Shown here piece by piece: positions 18,107 to 26,219 of a stretch of DNA of 35,735 bases. The DNA is from Dehalococcoidia bacterium (GTDB lineage: Bacteria > Chloroflexota > Dehalococcoidia > SM23-28-2 > DASRHH01). A model generated the notes under the pieces. The model searched no databases and was not told the DNA's origin. It saw nothing but the letters and a program-made list of their open reading frames with translations. Position numbers and translations under genes: made by a program. The DNA is taken from the NCBI GenBank assembly GCA_035650635.1, contig DASRHH010000074.1, forward strand, positions 1-35,735. The letters run 5' to 3'. The stretch's first letter is position 1; each line of letters opens with the position of its first letter.

Positions 18107-18871
18107 ATGCTACCCCATTTTAAACTCGTGGACCTTTCGCATCCTTTCAGCATCCACACGCCTGGTTGGGCCGGCTACCCGCCCGTTAAGCACTACTACA
18201 TCCAGCGCTTCTCTTCCAACGAGATAGTGGCCCAGTTTATCGAGACCCCGCTGCATGTCAGCACTCATATAGACGGGCAGATGCACGCCATACCGGGCGG
18301 CGCCGATATCGCCAGCTTTCCCCTGTCTCGCTGTTTCGGCGAGGGTGTTATTGCCGATATTAGCGATATGGTGGACGACTGGGATGTGATTAATCCCGAC
18401 ATGATCACCAGTAAGGTTCAAGTCAAGAAGGGAGACATACTCCTCTATTACACCGGCTACAAACGCTACTACCCGGGCTGCGAGGCGGAAGATGAGTCAC
18501 GCTATTTCTTGCGGCACCCCGGCGGCGACCGTAAGTTTGCTCAGTGGCTTATTGATATGGAGATCGCCTGGACCGGGATGGACTGCGGTTCCGGGGACCA
18601 TCCTATGAATACGACAATCACTCGCATGCGACCAGACGTAGTGGCGGACTACGAGGAGAAAGCAGGCAAGAAGCTGCGCGAAATTTTCCCGAAAGATGAC
18701 CTTTTTGTTATGCACCGCCTGCCCTTCCGGGAGAACATCTTGCATGTAGAGAACCTGGGTGGCGATGTGGAGCAGGTGCTTAACCAGCGCTGCCTTATCG
18801 GCGTATTCCCCTGGAAGTTCGTCGGCGGGGAGGCGTCTATCGCCCGGGTGGTTGCTTTTATACCGGAATAG
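18107..18871 (+). CDS. Putative cyclase / kynurenine formamidase-like family protein
   Basis: 254 aa. TPLHVSTHIDGQMH resembles the HxGTHxDxPxH metal motif. AGGAGG SD and an upstream TATAAT (18041..18046). Confidence 0.75.
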   Translation: MLPHFKLVDLSHPFSIHTPGWAGYPPVKHYYIQRFSSNEIVAQFIETPLHVSTHIDGQMHAIPGGADIASFPLSRCFGEGVIADISDMVDDWDVINPDMITSKVQVKKGDILLYYTGYKRYYPGCEAEDESRYFLRHPGGDRKFAQWLIDMEIAWTGMDCGSGDHPMNTTITRMRPDVVADYEEKAGKKLREIFPKDDLFVMHRLPFRENILHVENLGGDVEQVLNQRCLIGVFPWKFVGGEASIARVVAFIPE

Positions 18872-18882
18872 GCTGGGCGCTG

Positions 18883-19506
18883 CTAGGCATTTTCTAGCCA
18901 CTGCTCACTCTGCTCCCTTAGCGCGCGTTCCTCGTCACTGTAGACAGAGATGATGTCCGTCGCCGGCCAACGTCCCTCGCGGACGAGCAGGTAGCAGAGG
19001 AACCTGGCTGATGCCGGAAATGCCGACAGATCCGTATCGGCGAAGAAATCTTCGGTAACGCCGCGCGGATCGACCGGGTCCATGCGGTCTTTTTCATAGA
19101 CGGCGGTGCGTTTGACGATTCGCCACACCTTGTCCCGTCTTTCCAGCAGATCAAAAAAACGAAACCACGACTCCAGATCGAACTCGTGGCCGTCCAGGTC
19201 GAGGCGGAAATAGAGGTTCACGTGGCACCTGCTGAAGGCGCGGTCTCCGTTGACCCGGATCCACGGTCCTGAAATCAGGTGCTTGGTGTGGGCGCCCGGG
19301 CTGCGCGCCGCAGCCAGCGCGCGTGAACGATCGACGAAATCCTTGGCCGGTCCCGATATCCAAGAAATGTGGATCGTCGCGTCGTCGTGGAAACAGCCTG
19401 CCAGCGTTTCCCAATCGTCGCTGTCTCGAGCATGTCCCCAACGGATCAGCAAGCTGGCGATTTGATGCTCGTCTTCTATCAAGGCCGGCAGATTATTGTT
19501 GGACAT
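18883..19506 (-). CDS. SnoaL-like / NTF2-fold protein
   Basis: 207 aa. Pattern IASLLIRWGHARDSDDWETLAGCFHDDA...TKHLISGPWIRVNGDRA is typical of SnoaL_4-type domains. Confidence 0.65.
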   Translation of the reverse strand: MSNNNLPALIEDEHQIASLLIRWGHARDSDDWETLAGCFHDDATIHISWISGPAKDFVDRSRALAAARSPGAHTKHLISGPWIRVNGDRAFSRCHVNLYFRLDLDGHEFDLESWFRFFDLLERRDKVWRIVKRTAVYEKDRMDPVDPRGVTEDFFADTDLSAFPASARFLCYLLVREGRWPATDIISVYSDEERALREQSEQWLENA

Positions 19507-20025
19507 GCGTTACTCCACAGATGCGTTCCAGCGCTTGAGGGCACCGCCTAACGGCTGGCGCATTACCCGCTGCGCGATGAACTGAACCTCGCGCGCGGAT
19601 GACTCGCTGCAACCAAACGACTCTTCGAGAGCGGCGCATTGGTAGCCGGGTGCATGCGCGGGTTAGGCGCCTGCCTCAGGACCCTCCGTCGTTGAACAGC
19701 CCCTCCTCCGACTCGCAAGAGCTTTGCGTCGCAAGATGTCAGTTTGCACACACAACCTCCTCGAAGACCCAAGATCATGTCTCAATATACGGCGACTTTA
19801 ATTGCCATTGGAGGCGGTGCTCCGAGCGTGTGAGCTGCGATAAGAGGCCTTTGGCCCTCCACCGATCAGAACGGACTGCACGGGGCGATAGTCGTCTGCT
19901 CCCCACTGTAGCGCACGGGCACCGGCACGTCACTCAGGGTGTGCTGCGGCCCTCCCGTACGCTCGCTGCTGGTCAGCGGATAACGGTTGCAGAAGAACTG
20001 ACCCATCAGGTCACTGCCTTATGGG

Positions 20026-20283
20026 TCAGCCCCGGACAGAGAGGGTGCCCAGGGCGTCCTGATCGATGAGTCCGGATACCTCCACCCCGATGGCGATGAG
20101 GCGCAACTCGCCGGTAGTGGCGGTTCGCCCAAGAGCATCAACAGATCCACTTGCCCGCGTCAGCCTTTCCGCTGTGCCCCTGATCTGACTCAGATCACCC
20201 TGCCCAAATAAGGGCCGGATCGGTTTTGTTGATAGGGCCATGGTCTCAATCCTTTTCTCGTCGGGGTTGACTTCTGCAATCAT
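20026..20283 (-). CDS. Hypothetical protein (orphan)
   Basis: Track ORF only. An alternative start MALSTKP lies at 20241. No recognisable motif. Confidence 0.3.
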   Translation of the reverse strand: MIAEVNPDEKRIETMALSTKPIRPLFGQGDLSQIRGTAERLTRASGSVDALGRTATTGELRLIAIGVEVSGLIDQDALGTLSVRG

Positions 20284-20348
20284 ACATAGCGCTGGTGCCC
20301 GTGATTCCGTTTACGATTTATGGAACCCATTTGGCGGGCTTGCGAACG

Positions 20349-20765
20349 CTACCGAAAGGGCTGACGCCGTTGACTGGCCTGAGTCGGCGAGTCTACAGGT
20401 GGAGGCTGCAAGCTTTCCCGGTCTGCCACCGGAATGGCTTGCCAGGCCGCATTAAGACATTCCCCGGCAGCGTGCCAGTTGGAGAGTGCTTCTCCGATCT
20501 CCCGCAAGGCTGGCCAGAAGGCGTCCCCATTTATGGTGCGCCGGGTGCCCTCAGCGAACGGCAGATCGAGATTAGTGACATTGACGTCTTGCCAGTCGTG
20601 GAGCGCGTTTCCAGCCTGAACCACCGGGGCCACGACCCTCTCCGCCTCCACCCTGGCTCTCTCCAGCGCGATACGTGCGTCGATGTATTTTCGGATGAAA
20701 TCGTCTACCACTCGTTTAATCTCCTCTGGCAAAGGCGCGTCGCCTCTGCCGTAAAAATCGCACAA
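20349..20765 (-). CDS. Hypothetical protein (orphan; TTG start, no internal Met)
   Basis: Track ORF with non-repetitive composition. Lies directly after, and in frame with, the truncated MFS gene. Confidence 0.35.
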   Translation of the reverse strand: MCDFYGRGDAPLPEEIKRVVDDFIRKYIDARIALERARVEAERVVAPVVQAGNALHDWQDVNVTNLDLPFAEGTRRTINGDAFWPALREIGEALSNWHAAGECLNAAWQAIPVADRESLQPPPVDSPTQASQRRQPFR

Positions 20766-20783
20766 CCCGGCTCCTCCGGAGCT

Positions 20784-21851
20784 CTAGATGGCCATCACAC
20801 GTCCCCGGACTCCGTCCGGCACTACGCTGTGGAGCATTGTCGTCGTCAGGGTCGCAAGGACCGCTCGAAGGACGCCCGCGATGGCGAGGATCGCCAGGGC
20901 GAGTATCAGGAAAGGCATGAAGATGAACAGAGCTGAGCTGACAGTGCAAGCGAAACCCGTTATCATCACGCCTTTGCCAGTAATCCGCATCGGCCCCAGG
21001 GCTGCAATCGCCAGGGCGCCAGTAAGGGCCCCCACACCGCGGACAATCGGCATCCATTGGCCGCCGCAGCTCGCCATGGAGGTCGCATGGTGGGTCAAGA
21101 GCGGCAGGTACATGATGAACATGCGATCAAGAATGCCGGGGAATAGCGAGACTAACAGAAGACCAGCCACCAGGGGAGTACTGTAGAGATAGTGCAGGCC
21201 TTCCTTGAAATTTTCACCGACCGAGAGCTTGCCCACGACTTCGGATCGATCGGCCTCGCCGGCCATCTTCATTAGCGGCAATAAAGGCAGCATAAAGAGG
21301 CCGGCACTGACATACAGAGCTCCGGCGCCATTCGTTGCTCCTAAGAGAAACGCTGCTGTAACCGGCCCGGCGATAACGCCAATGCTTCCGGCGCTGTTGT
21401 GCAGTGAAACAGCGTACAGGAGGTTTTTCGGCTCCACCAGATTAGGTAGCAGGGCACGGCTAGCCGGCTGCTCGAAGGCTGACACTGCACCCAGAAGCAC
21501 GTTCAAGGCTAGCAGCGTCCATATCGCGCCAGCTCCTGAAAAGACGAATGCCAGGGCCAAAGAAATGATAAGCATGGCCGTCTGTGTGGCCCGGAGTATG
21601 CGCAACCGGCTGACGTGGTCCGCAACCACACCGGCCAGCGGCGTCAGGAGGACTTTCGGCAAGAAGCGGCAGGCGGCAAAAAGACCCAGGTATGCGGGCG
21701 AACCCGTCAACTCCAGTATCAGCCAGGCCTGGACCGCCAGTTGTGCCCACTGAGCGAAATCCGAGAGCAACCCCCAAACCCAATAGAGAGAGAACTGCCT
21801 CTCATGCATGATGGAGAGGGCACGGGAATTACCGACGTTTGACAAATGCAT
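20784..21851 (-). CDS. MFS transporter (EntS/MFS_3-like), apparently C-terminally truncated
   Basis: 355 aa with about 10 TM. It ends right after the VPDGVRGRVMAI loop motif, which in this family normally precedes TM11-12. Confidence 0.7.
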   Translation of the reverse strand: MHLSNVGNSRALSIMHERQFSLYWVWGLLSDFAQWAQLAVQAWLILELTGSPAYLGLFAACRFLPKVLLTPLAGVVADHVSRLRILRATQTAMLIISLALAFVFSGAGAIWTLLALNVLLGAVSAFEQPASRALLPNLVEPKNLLYAVSLHNSAGSIGVIAGPVTAAFLLGATNGAGALYVSAGLFMLPLLPLMKMAGEADRSEVVGKLSVGENFKEGLHYLYSTPLVAGLLLVSLFPGILDRMFIMYLPLLTHHATSMASCGGQWMPIVRGVGALTGALAIAALGPMRITGKGVMITGFACTVSSALFIFMPFLILALAILAIAGVLRAVLATLTTTMLHSVVPDGVRGRVMAI

Positions 21852-21872
21852 CCGATTAGAGACCCAGGTTGA

Positions 21873-22142
21873 CTAGAACCAGCGGCGGCGCGGACCTAAC
21901 AGCATCCGATAGAGAACGAGGATGATGACGGCGCCAATGACCGAGAGCACAATCGTGCCTAAATCGAAGTCGTCTATGCCATTACTTATGCCGAGGCTAA
22001 CGGCGATGAAGCCGCCGACCAGAGCCCCGGCAATGCCGAGCACTATGGTCAGCAATATGCCAGCCTGATCGCGACCCGGCGTCAGCCAGCGTGCCAGCGT
22101 CCCACCTATGAGTCCGACCACTATCCAAGCAAGAATGTTCAT
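21873..22142 (-). CDS. GlsB/YeaQ/YmgE-family (transglycosylase-associated) stress membrane protein
   Basis: 89 aa. MNILAWIVVGLIGGTLARWLTPGR...GIAGALVGGF is the family-typical pattern. Confidence 0.85.
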   Translation of the reverse strand: MNILAWIVVGLIGGTLARWLTPGRDQAGILLTIVLGIAGALVGGFIAVSLGISNGIDDFDLGTIVLSVIGAVIILVLYRMLLGPRRRWF

Positions 22143-22324
22143 TACTCCAACCCATCTTTCTGCCGTCTTGGGCCCGCTGTGAGCCCGCTGCTTCGGCGTG
22201 ATCCCGCCGATCGGGGCGAGGCGTCAGCGTCGTTGCCGCAGAAGAGGCAAACTGATGCGCCTCTCCTGGGAGCCTCGCCCAGATCGCCGCAACATATCGG
22301 ACAGGCGCCGCTATAGACGTTCAT
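22142..22324 (-). CDS. Small zinc-ribbon protein (CPICCGDL...CLFCG)
   Basis: 60 aa with two CxxC pairs. Its stop overlaps the glsB-like start. Paralogous Cys spacing to 23074..23316. Confidence 0.55.
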   Translation of the reverse strand: MNVYSGACPICCGDLGEAPRRGASVCLFCGNDADASPRSAGSRRSSGLTAGPRRQKDGLE

Positions 22325-22326
22325 GT

Positions 22327-22575
22327 TCAGCCTCGCCTCTCCGAACCTACCGCCTTTGATCGATCTGCGAGCCCGGCCGCTTCGTTACGCGCTGGCCACG
22401 ATCCTCTCCCTTGTCTTCGTCCAGTCGAGGCTCTTCGCAGTCCCTCGCGATCGGCCTGTCTTCGAAGCTGGTTCGACGCTCGAGGGTCGTCCCTGGCGAT
22501 CGGCCGGTCGGCGACGGCCTTTCGCCGTTCGCTCTCGTCTGTCATCTCTTCATCTTGTCTCCGGACAGTCATCAT
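22327..22575 (-). CDS. Small highly charged hypothetical protein, N-terminus MMTVRRQDEE
   Basis: 82 aa, ending 3 nt before the zinc-ribbon start. The 5' end is part of a 33-nt block repeated at 22954..22986. Confidence 0.4.
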   Translation of the reverse strand: MMTVRRQDEEMTDESERRKAVADRPIARDDPRASNQLRRQADREGLRRASTGRRQGRGSWPARNEAAGLADRSKAVGSERRG

Positions 22576-22578
22576 TTC
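22546..22578 (-). repeat. 33-nt block (copy A) spanning the start codon and first 9 codons of a small ORF
   Basis: Identical at 29 of 33 positions to 22954..22986. Minus-strand core: GAAATGATNNNNGTCCGGAGACAAGATGARGAG. Confidence 0.7.
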
Positions 22579-22658
22579 TCCCTCTGGTGAGCCGATGGTT
22601 GGCCAGCCTCTTCAGCTTCGCCGGCCGTGCTGGTCTTAGAGCAAGGCGTGCTCGCCTA

Positions 22659-22745
22659 TTACGTTGTGACCGTCACCACACCCAGAACTACCAGGAGGAT
22701 GAATACGACTATGATCACCAGCCATATGTTTTGTCCCATTAGCAT
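22659..22745 (-). CDS. 28-aa hydrophobic mini-protein MLMGQNIWLVIIVVFILLVVLGVVTVTT
   Basis: Below the ORF-track size cutoff; found manually. GGAAGGAGG SD sits 8 nt upstream of the ATG. Single TM helix. Confidence 0.3.
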   Translation of the reverse strand: MLMGQNIWLVIIVVFILLVVLGVVTVTT

Positions 22746-22833
22746 TAAACTCGCCTCCTTCCCGGTAAGATTTAACAGTTCGCGCGCGGGCCGCCGGCCG
22801 CTGTATTGGGTTCCATGTCGATGGTGCCGGCAC

Positions 22834-22983
22834 CTATCGAGCGATGGCGCCGACGGCAGCAGCGACCAAAACGTAGCCGAGCGAGATGCTCACCAATGAC
22901 CAGCCCAGTGCGCCCTTTAATCTCCTCATGCGGTGCTGCATGGCGACTTTGTGCTCCTCATCTTGTCTCCGGACGATAATCAT
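22834..22983 (-). CDS. 49-aa mini-protein MIIVRRQDEEHKVAMQHRMRRLKGALGWSLVSISLGYVLVAAAVGAIAR (C-terminal TM)
   Basis: Below the track cutoff; found manually. Shares the MxxVRRQDEE N-terminus and 33-nt block with 22327..22575. Confidence 0.35.
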   Translation of the reverse strand: MIIVRRQDEEHKVAMQHRMRRLKGALGWSLVSISLGYVLVAAAVGAIAR

Positions 22984-22986
22984 TTC
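22954..22986 (-). repeat. 33-nt block (copy B)
   Basis: See copy A. Confidence 0.7.
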
Positions 22987-23073
22987 TACGTTGGGACCGA
23001 TCGCTAGGCAGCCTCGACAGCTGCGCGGATGTTATCGGTCGCATCCTCTTGATCAAAAGCTATGCAATGGCGT

Positions 23074-23316
23074 CTAAGCGGCCATCCGGAAAGGTTTCCG
23101 CGACATTGGTGCGCGTGTTGCACTGATCCGCTCCTGGAATGTCACTGGTGACTCCCCGAATCCGCGGTGTCCGCACTGCATACACACAGAATCAAACGAG
23201 CCGGAACTTAAGTCCTCTTCGGCTAAGAGGTCACCACCGCACCGCTGACAGCCTTTAAGCACCATGTTTTTTGCATTTCCTCTCCTGGCCTTCAGGCCAG
23301 CACCATTGATCGGCAT
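23074..23316 (-). CDS. Small zinc-ribbon protein (CQRCGGDL...CMQCG)
   Basis: Track ORF 23074..23412. I prefer the start MPINGAG (23316), 11 nt after the HTH gene stop. Two CxxC pairs, as in 22142..22324. Confidence 0.5.
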   Translation of the reverse strand: MPINGAGLKARRGNAKNMVLKGCQRCGGDLLAEEDLSSGSFDSVCMQCGHRGFGESPVTFQERISATRAPMSRKPFRMAA

Positions 23317-23327
23317 TGCGAGGTCCC

Positions 23328-23501
23328 CTAATCGGCATCGGATCGGCGCTCCGCGATCCACTTCTCCAGGGAGTCCTGATCGACGCGAACCTGGCGGCCG
23401 AGGCGGATACACGGTAAGCCGTCACTACGCATCATTCGGTATATCCATTGCGGCTTGACTTTCAACAGATCAGCCGTCTCCTTGACCGTCAGTATCCTCA
23501 T
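23328..23501 (-). CDS. Excisionase/AlpA/MerR-type helix-turn-helix DNA-binding protein (57 aa)
   Basis: Below the track cutoff; found manually. MRILTVKETADLLKVKPQWIYRMMRSDGLPCIRLGRQVRVDQDSLEKWIAERRSDAD is a classic Xis-type HTH_17 pattern. Confidence 0.65.
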   Translation of the reverse strand: MRILTVKETADLLKVKPQWIYRMMRSDGLPCIRLGRQVRVDQDSLEKWIAERRSDAD

Positions 23502-23731
23502 GTCCCTACGACAGTAGCGGTGCGGCGTTCCAGTCGCGTTCTTTTGGTGTTCTTTTGGAGCACTTCGTTATGTTTTCTGTAATCTGCTTCCGCTTCTGGT
23601 ATGCTGTTCTGTACTTCAGTTCTTCTTGGGAGACGCAGTCAACAACGCAACCTCATAAATCTAATCAGGTCGGCCGGCCACTGGAGGCCGGCGAAAAAGT
23701 GAGCACGCAAGCTGGCGACCAAGGGTTGCGT

Positions 23732-24490
23732 ATGTTTCTCCTGGGGCGCTTCGAGTTACGTGCCGGCCGGGATGTGATCATCGACCAGGCGTGGCACCAC
23801 CGGAACGCCAAGACCCTGCTCAAGCTACTGGCCACTCAACGCGACCGTTCTCTGCACCGAGAACAAGTTCTCGAGGCCTTTTGGGCTAGCCTCGATCCGT
23901 CAGCTGCAGCCGCCAACCTCAGAAAGATACTCTTCGATCTGCGCGCCGAGTTGACTGCACGGCGTGTAACGGATCAGGTGGTGTCCGTCGCCGATGACTT
24001 GGTGGTCCTCTCTCCAGAAGTCTCGCTGGACATTGACGAATTCCGCGCTTGTGCGCGGGCGGCTCGCGCCTCTCGAGACAGAGTCGAACTCTATGAGGAC
24101 GCGATCGCCGTTTATGGAGGAGACCTGCTCCTGGAGGATCGCTACGAGGATTGGGCGGAAGGATTGCGCCGGGAGTTGAGAGATCTGCACAATGAGCTAC
24201 TGATAGAGTTGAGCCAGCTGTACGCGGCGACGGGAAAACTGGAACTAGCGGTGGAACGTCTCCAACGGTTGCTTCAAGCCGACCCTCTGGATGAGGACGC
24301 TAATCGGATGATGATGCGGCTCTACGCCGAGGCCGGTAGCCGCCAGAAGGCATTGCGGCAATACAAGGCATTTCGCGATGCGCTCCGGCGCGAGATTGGC
24401 GCGGCGCCTTCGGCAGAAACGGAGACGCTCATCCAGGACATTCTGGAAGGGAAGGTCGGCTCGGCCGGCCCGGAGGGATCGCGCCACTGA
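23732..24490 (+). CDS. SARP/AfsR-type regulator (winged-helix DNA-binding domain plus BTAD)
   Basis: MFLLGRFELRAGRDVI...KTLLKLLA...REQVLEAFW, then the BTAD region YGGDLLLEDRYEDWA...LYAEAGSRQKALRQYKAFRDALRREIGAAPS. An alternative GTG start lies at 23699. The track start at 23555 is unlikely. Confidence 0.8.
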   Translation: MFLLGRFELRAGRDVIIDQAWHHRNAKTLLKLLATQRDRSLHREQVLEAFWASLDPSAAAANLRKILFDLRAELTARRVTDQVVSVADDLVVLSPEVSLDIDEFRACARAARASRDRVELYEDAIAVYGGDLLLEDRYEDWAEGLRRELRDLHNELLIELSQLYAATGKLELAVERLQRLLQADPLDEDANRMMMRLYAEAGSRQKALRQYKAFRDALRREIGAAPSAETETLIQDILEGKVGSAGPEGSRH

Positions 24491-24686
24491 GTTTGACTTG
24501 AACCATCTCACCACCTGTTCTCACCCGGCTGATTGCCACGCGTACGGTGACCACCATAGCTACCGCTCGGTGACTATGGGAAATAAGCCGGTCTGGCAGA
24601 TACAGGTCGAACCGGGATCTCCCGGCGGATCGGCAGTCTTGTACTGACCTAGGCACATCGCGATGCCCAGATAAGGAGCGCTCAGA

Positions 24687-25139
24687 ATGAGTCTACGGGC
24701 AACCGTAAAAGAGCCGTTGCATCCAGCTCTGGTTCGTCATGGCCAAGAGAGAACCCGGAGCCTCCAGAACCGGGTTGCTGACAAAATCACGCGCTTTGCC
24801 GGGTCTATGCCGTTTATCTACGTCCACATGGTTTGGTTCGCTTTGTGGATAGCGATCGGAGTCGAAGCATTCCCCTTTGGCTTGCTGACAATGATTGTGT
24901 CGCTTGAGGCGATCTTCCTCAGCACTTTCGTAATGATTTCTCAGAACCGCGCCGACGAGAAAAGGCAAGTGCTGGCCGACCATGAGTGGGAGCTTGTGCA
25001 GTTAGCAGACAAGCAGAACGAACAACTAATAAACATGTCGCGGCAAATCCTCGTCCTCACCACCGAGGTCCATGGGATGACCGGTAAAGTTCACCAGCTG
25101 GTGCAAAAGATGGACGAGCAACAAAACAAGAAAAGCTGA
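24687..25139 (+). CDS. DUF1003-family membrane protein
   Basis: FAGSMPFIYVHMVWFALWI...FPFGLLTMIVSLEAIFLSTFVMISQNRADEKR matches the DUF1003 core. AAGGAG SD upstream. Confidence 0.8.
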   Translation: MSLRATVKEPLHPALVRHGQERTRSLQNRVADKITRFAGSMPFIYVHMVWFALWIAIGVEAFPFGLLTMIVSLEAIFLSTFVMISQNRADEKRQVLADHEWELVQLADKQNEQLINMSRQILVLTTEVHGMTGKVHQLVQKMDEQQNKKS

Positions 25140-25336
25140 AGACGCAGGACGGGAGAGCAGAGGTTGAAAGTCCACCGGCTCATGGCGCTGTCAAGGTGAT
25201 CGTGCAGCGCTGCGGCCGCCCGGAGCCAATCTCAAGAATCGCTAGTTGGCCGCAGGCGCTACACTCAGGGCCCGCAAATTCATGGAGAAGGTGGCCAAGG
25301 GCGAAGCCGGGCAGTAAGACCTTGAGTTCACCCCTC

Positions 25337-25540
25337 TTAACCTGGCGGCCCCTCTTTGTATCGCACAATGATGGCCGCGGTGGGCTGCAAGCCGAGGCCG
25401 CCCGATGTCGGTATGACCGCAGTGGCGATTTCTTCAACTACGATATCGGGGTTAGCTTCAAGCCAGTCGTTCATTTCCTGCTCCAGGTCAGCTAACGAGG
25501 AGCTTGCGTTTTGCAGCGCGAAGGTCTTCACACGAGTCAT
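25337..25540 (-). CDS. Small hypothetical protein (Cse60-like sequence pattern, tentative)
   Basis: 67 aa. AGAGGTGGG SD upstream. MTRVKTF...LEQEMNDWLEANPDIVVEEI...AAIIVRYKE. Confidence 0.4.
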   Translation of the reverse strand: MTRVKTFALQNASSSLADLEQEMNDWLEANPDIVVEEIATAVIPTSGGLGLQPTAAIIVRYKEGPPG

Positions 25541-25703
25541 CTTGTTCCCACCTCTTTAAGCCTCAAAGCCTGGTCGCCAGCTGACCCGCCGTCGTCAGCC
25601 CAATCGTCGAGGTCGCTGCCTTTATCGTTGTTAACTGCCTGCCCCGGTGCCTCTAAACTGATCGCTCCTGCGCTGCTCGGAACTCATCAATTGGTCGTCG
25701 GGT

Positions 25704-25934
25704 CTAGGTCGAGGGCCTGAGATAAGTTTCTGACGACCTCGTCAAGCGGCAATCTCGGCTGCTTTCTATGGCCTTGACCGTGCTCTCGCCAACGCTCGCT
25801 GCTTTCGCTAACTCTAGGATGGAAGGGACCTTGACCGTCCAGGCTTGCCTTAACCTTACCCGAAATATCCTGGCTGTAATTCTAATCTGCGCACTGCCCC
25901 GGTGCCATGGTGCTAACCCCAGATTGAATCCCAC
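25704..25934 (-). CDS. Possible XRE-type HTH fragment or small regulator
   Basis: Only the ILELAKAASVGESTVKAIESSRD segment looks HTH-like. The start is unclear. Confidence 0.2.
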   Translation of the reverse strand: MGFNLGLAPWHRGSAQIRITARIFRVRLRQAWTVKVPSILELAKAASVGESTVKAIESSRDCRLTRSSETYLRPST

Positions 25935-26219
25935 TTCTCGCTGCCAACTAAGGGATGGAACCTTAGTTGCCCAAGAGCATCTATCTTCCTGAGCATGCTG
26001 GTAAGAAAGCGCCAGCCTGATAGGCAGAGGGGGTCAGTGAAGCACAAGTCTCTTGAGTTGAGGGTTGGTTGAGCACGAGCCTCCCGAGCCGCGAGCATCC
26101 TGGCCTCTTTGCAGCACGTTGTCCAGCGCATCGGTAGGACACAGCGTGGCGCCCGGATGGCGGAGCTCTTCCAAGATCACCCGGAGGCCAGCTCTGCCCA
26201 CATTGTCGGCTACTGCGCT

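Noticed and set aside
20784-20786. In-frame TAG between the MFS ORF and the following 138-aa ORF as pyrrolysine or read-through.
   Set aside because: There is no Pyl context, and the downstream sequence is not MFS-like or hydrophobic. Sharing a frame has a 1-in-3 chance expectation.
23555-23731. N-terminal extension of the SARP ORF (MEHFVMFSVICFRFWY...).
   Set aside because: The winged-helix domain begins at MFLLGRFEL, and the extension has atypical composition. A GTG at 23699 with a GGAGG SD remains a possible alternative start.
24491-24686. Possible riboswitch or leader upstream of the DUF1003 gene: hairpins CCATAG...CTATGG and CCGGG-ATCT-CCCGG.
   Set aside because: Short stems only, and no match to any riboswitch core I can recognise by eye. 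Would need a covariance-model scan.
25913-26131. 72-aa minus-strand ORF (MRWTTCCKEARML...).
   Set aside because: No SD and no motif. It overlaps the possible XRE-like ORF. Insufficient support.
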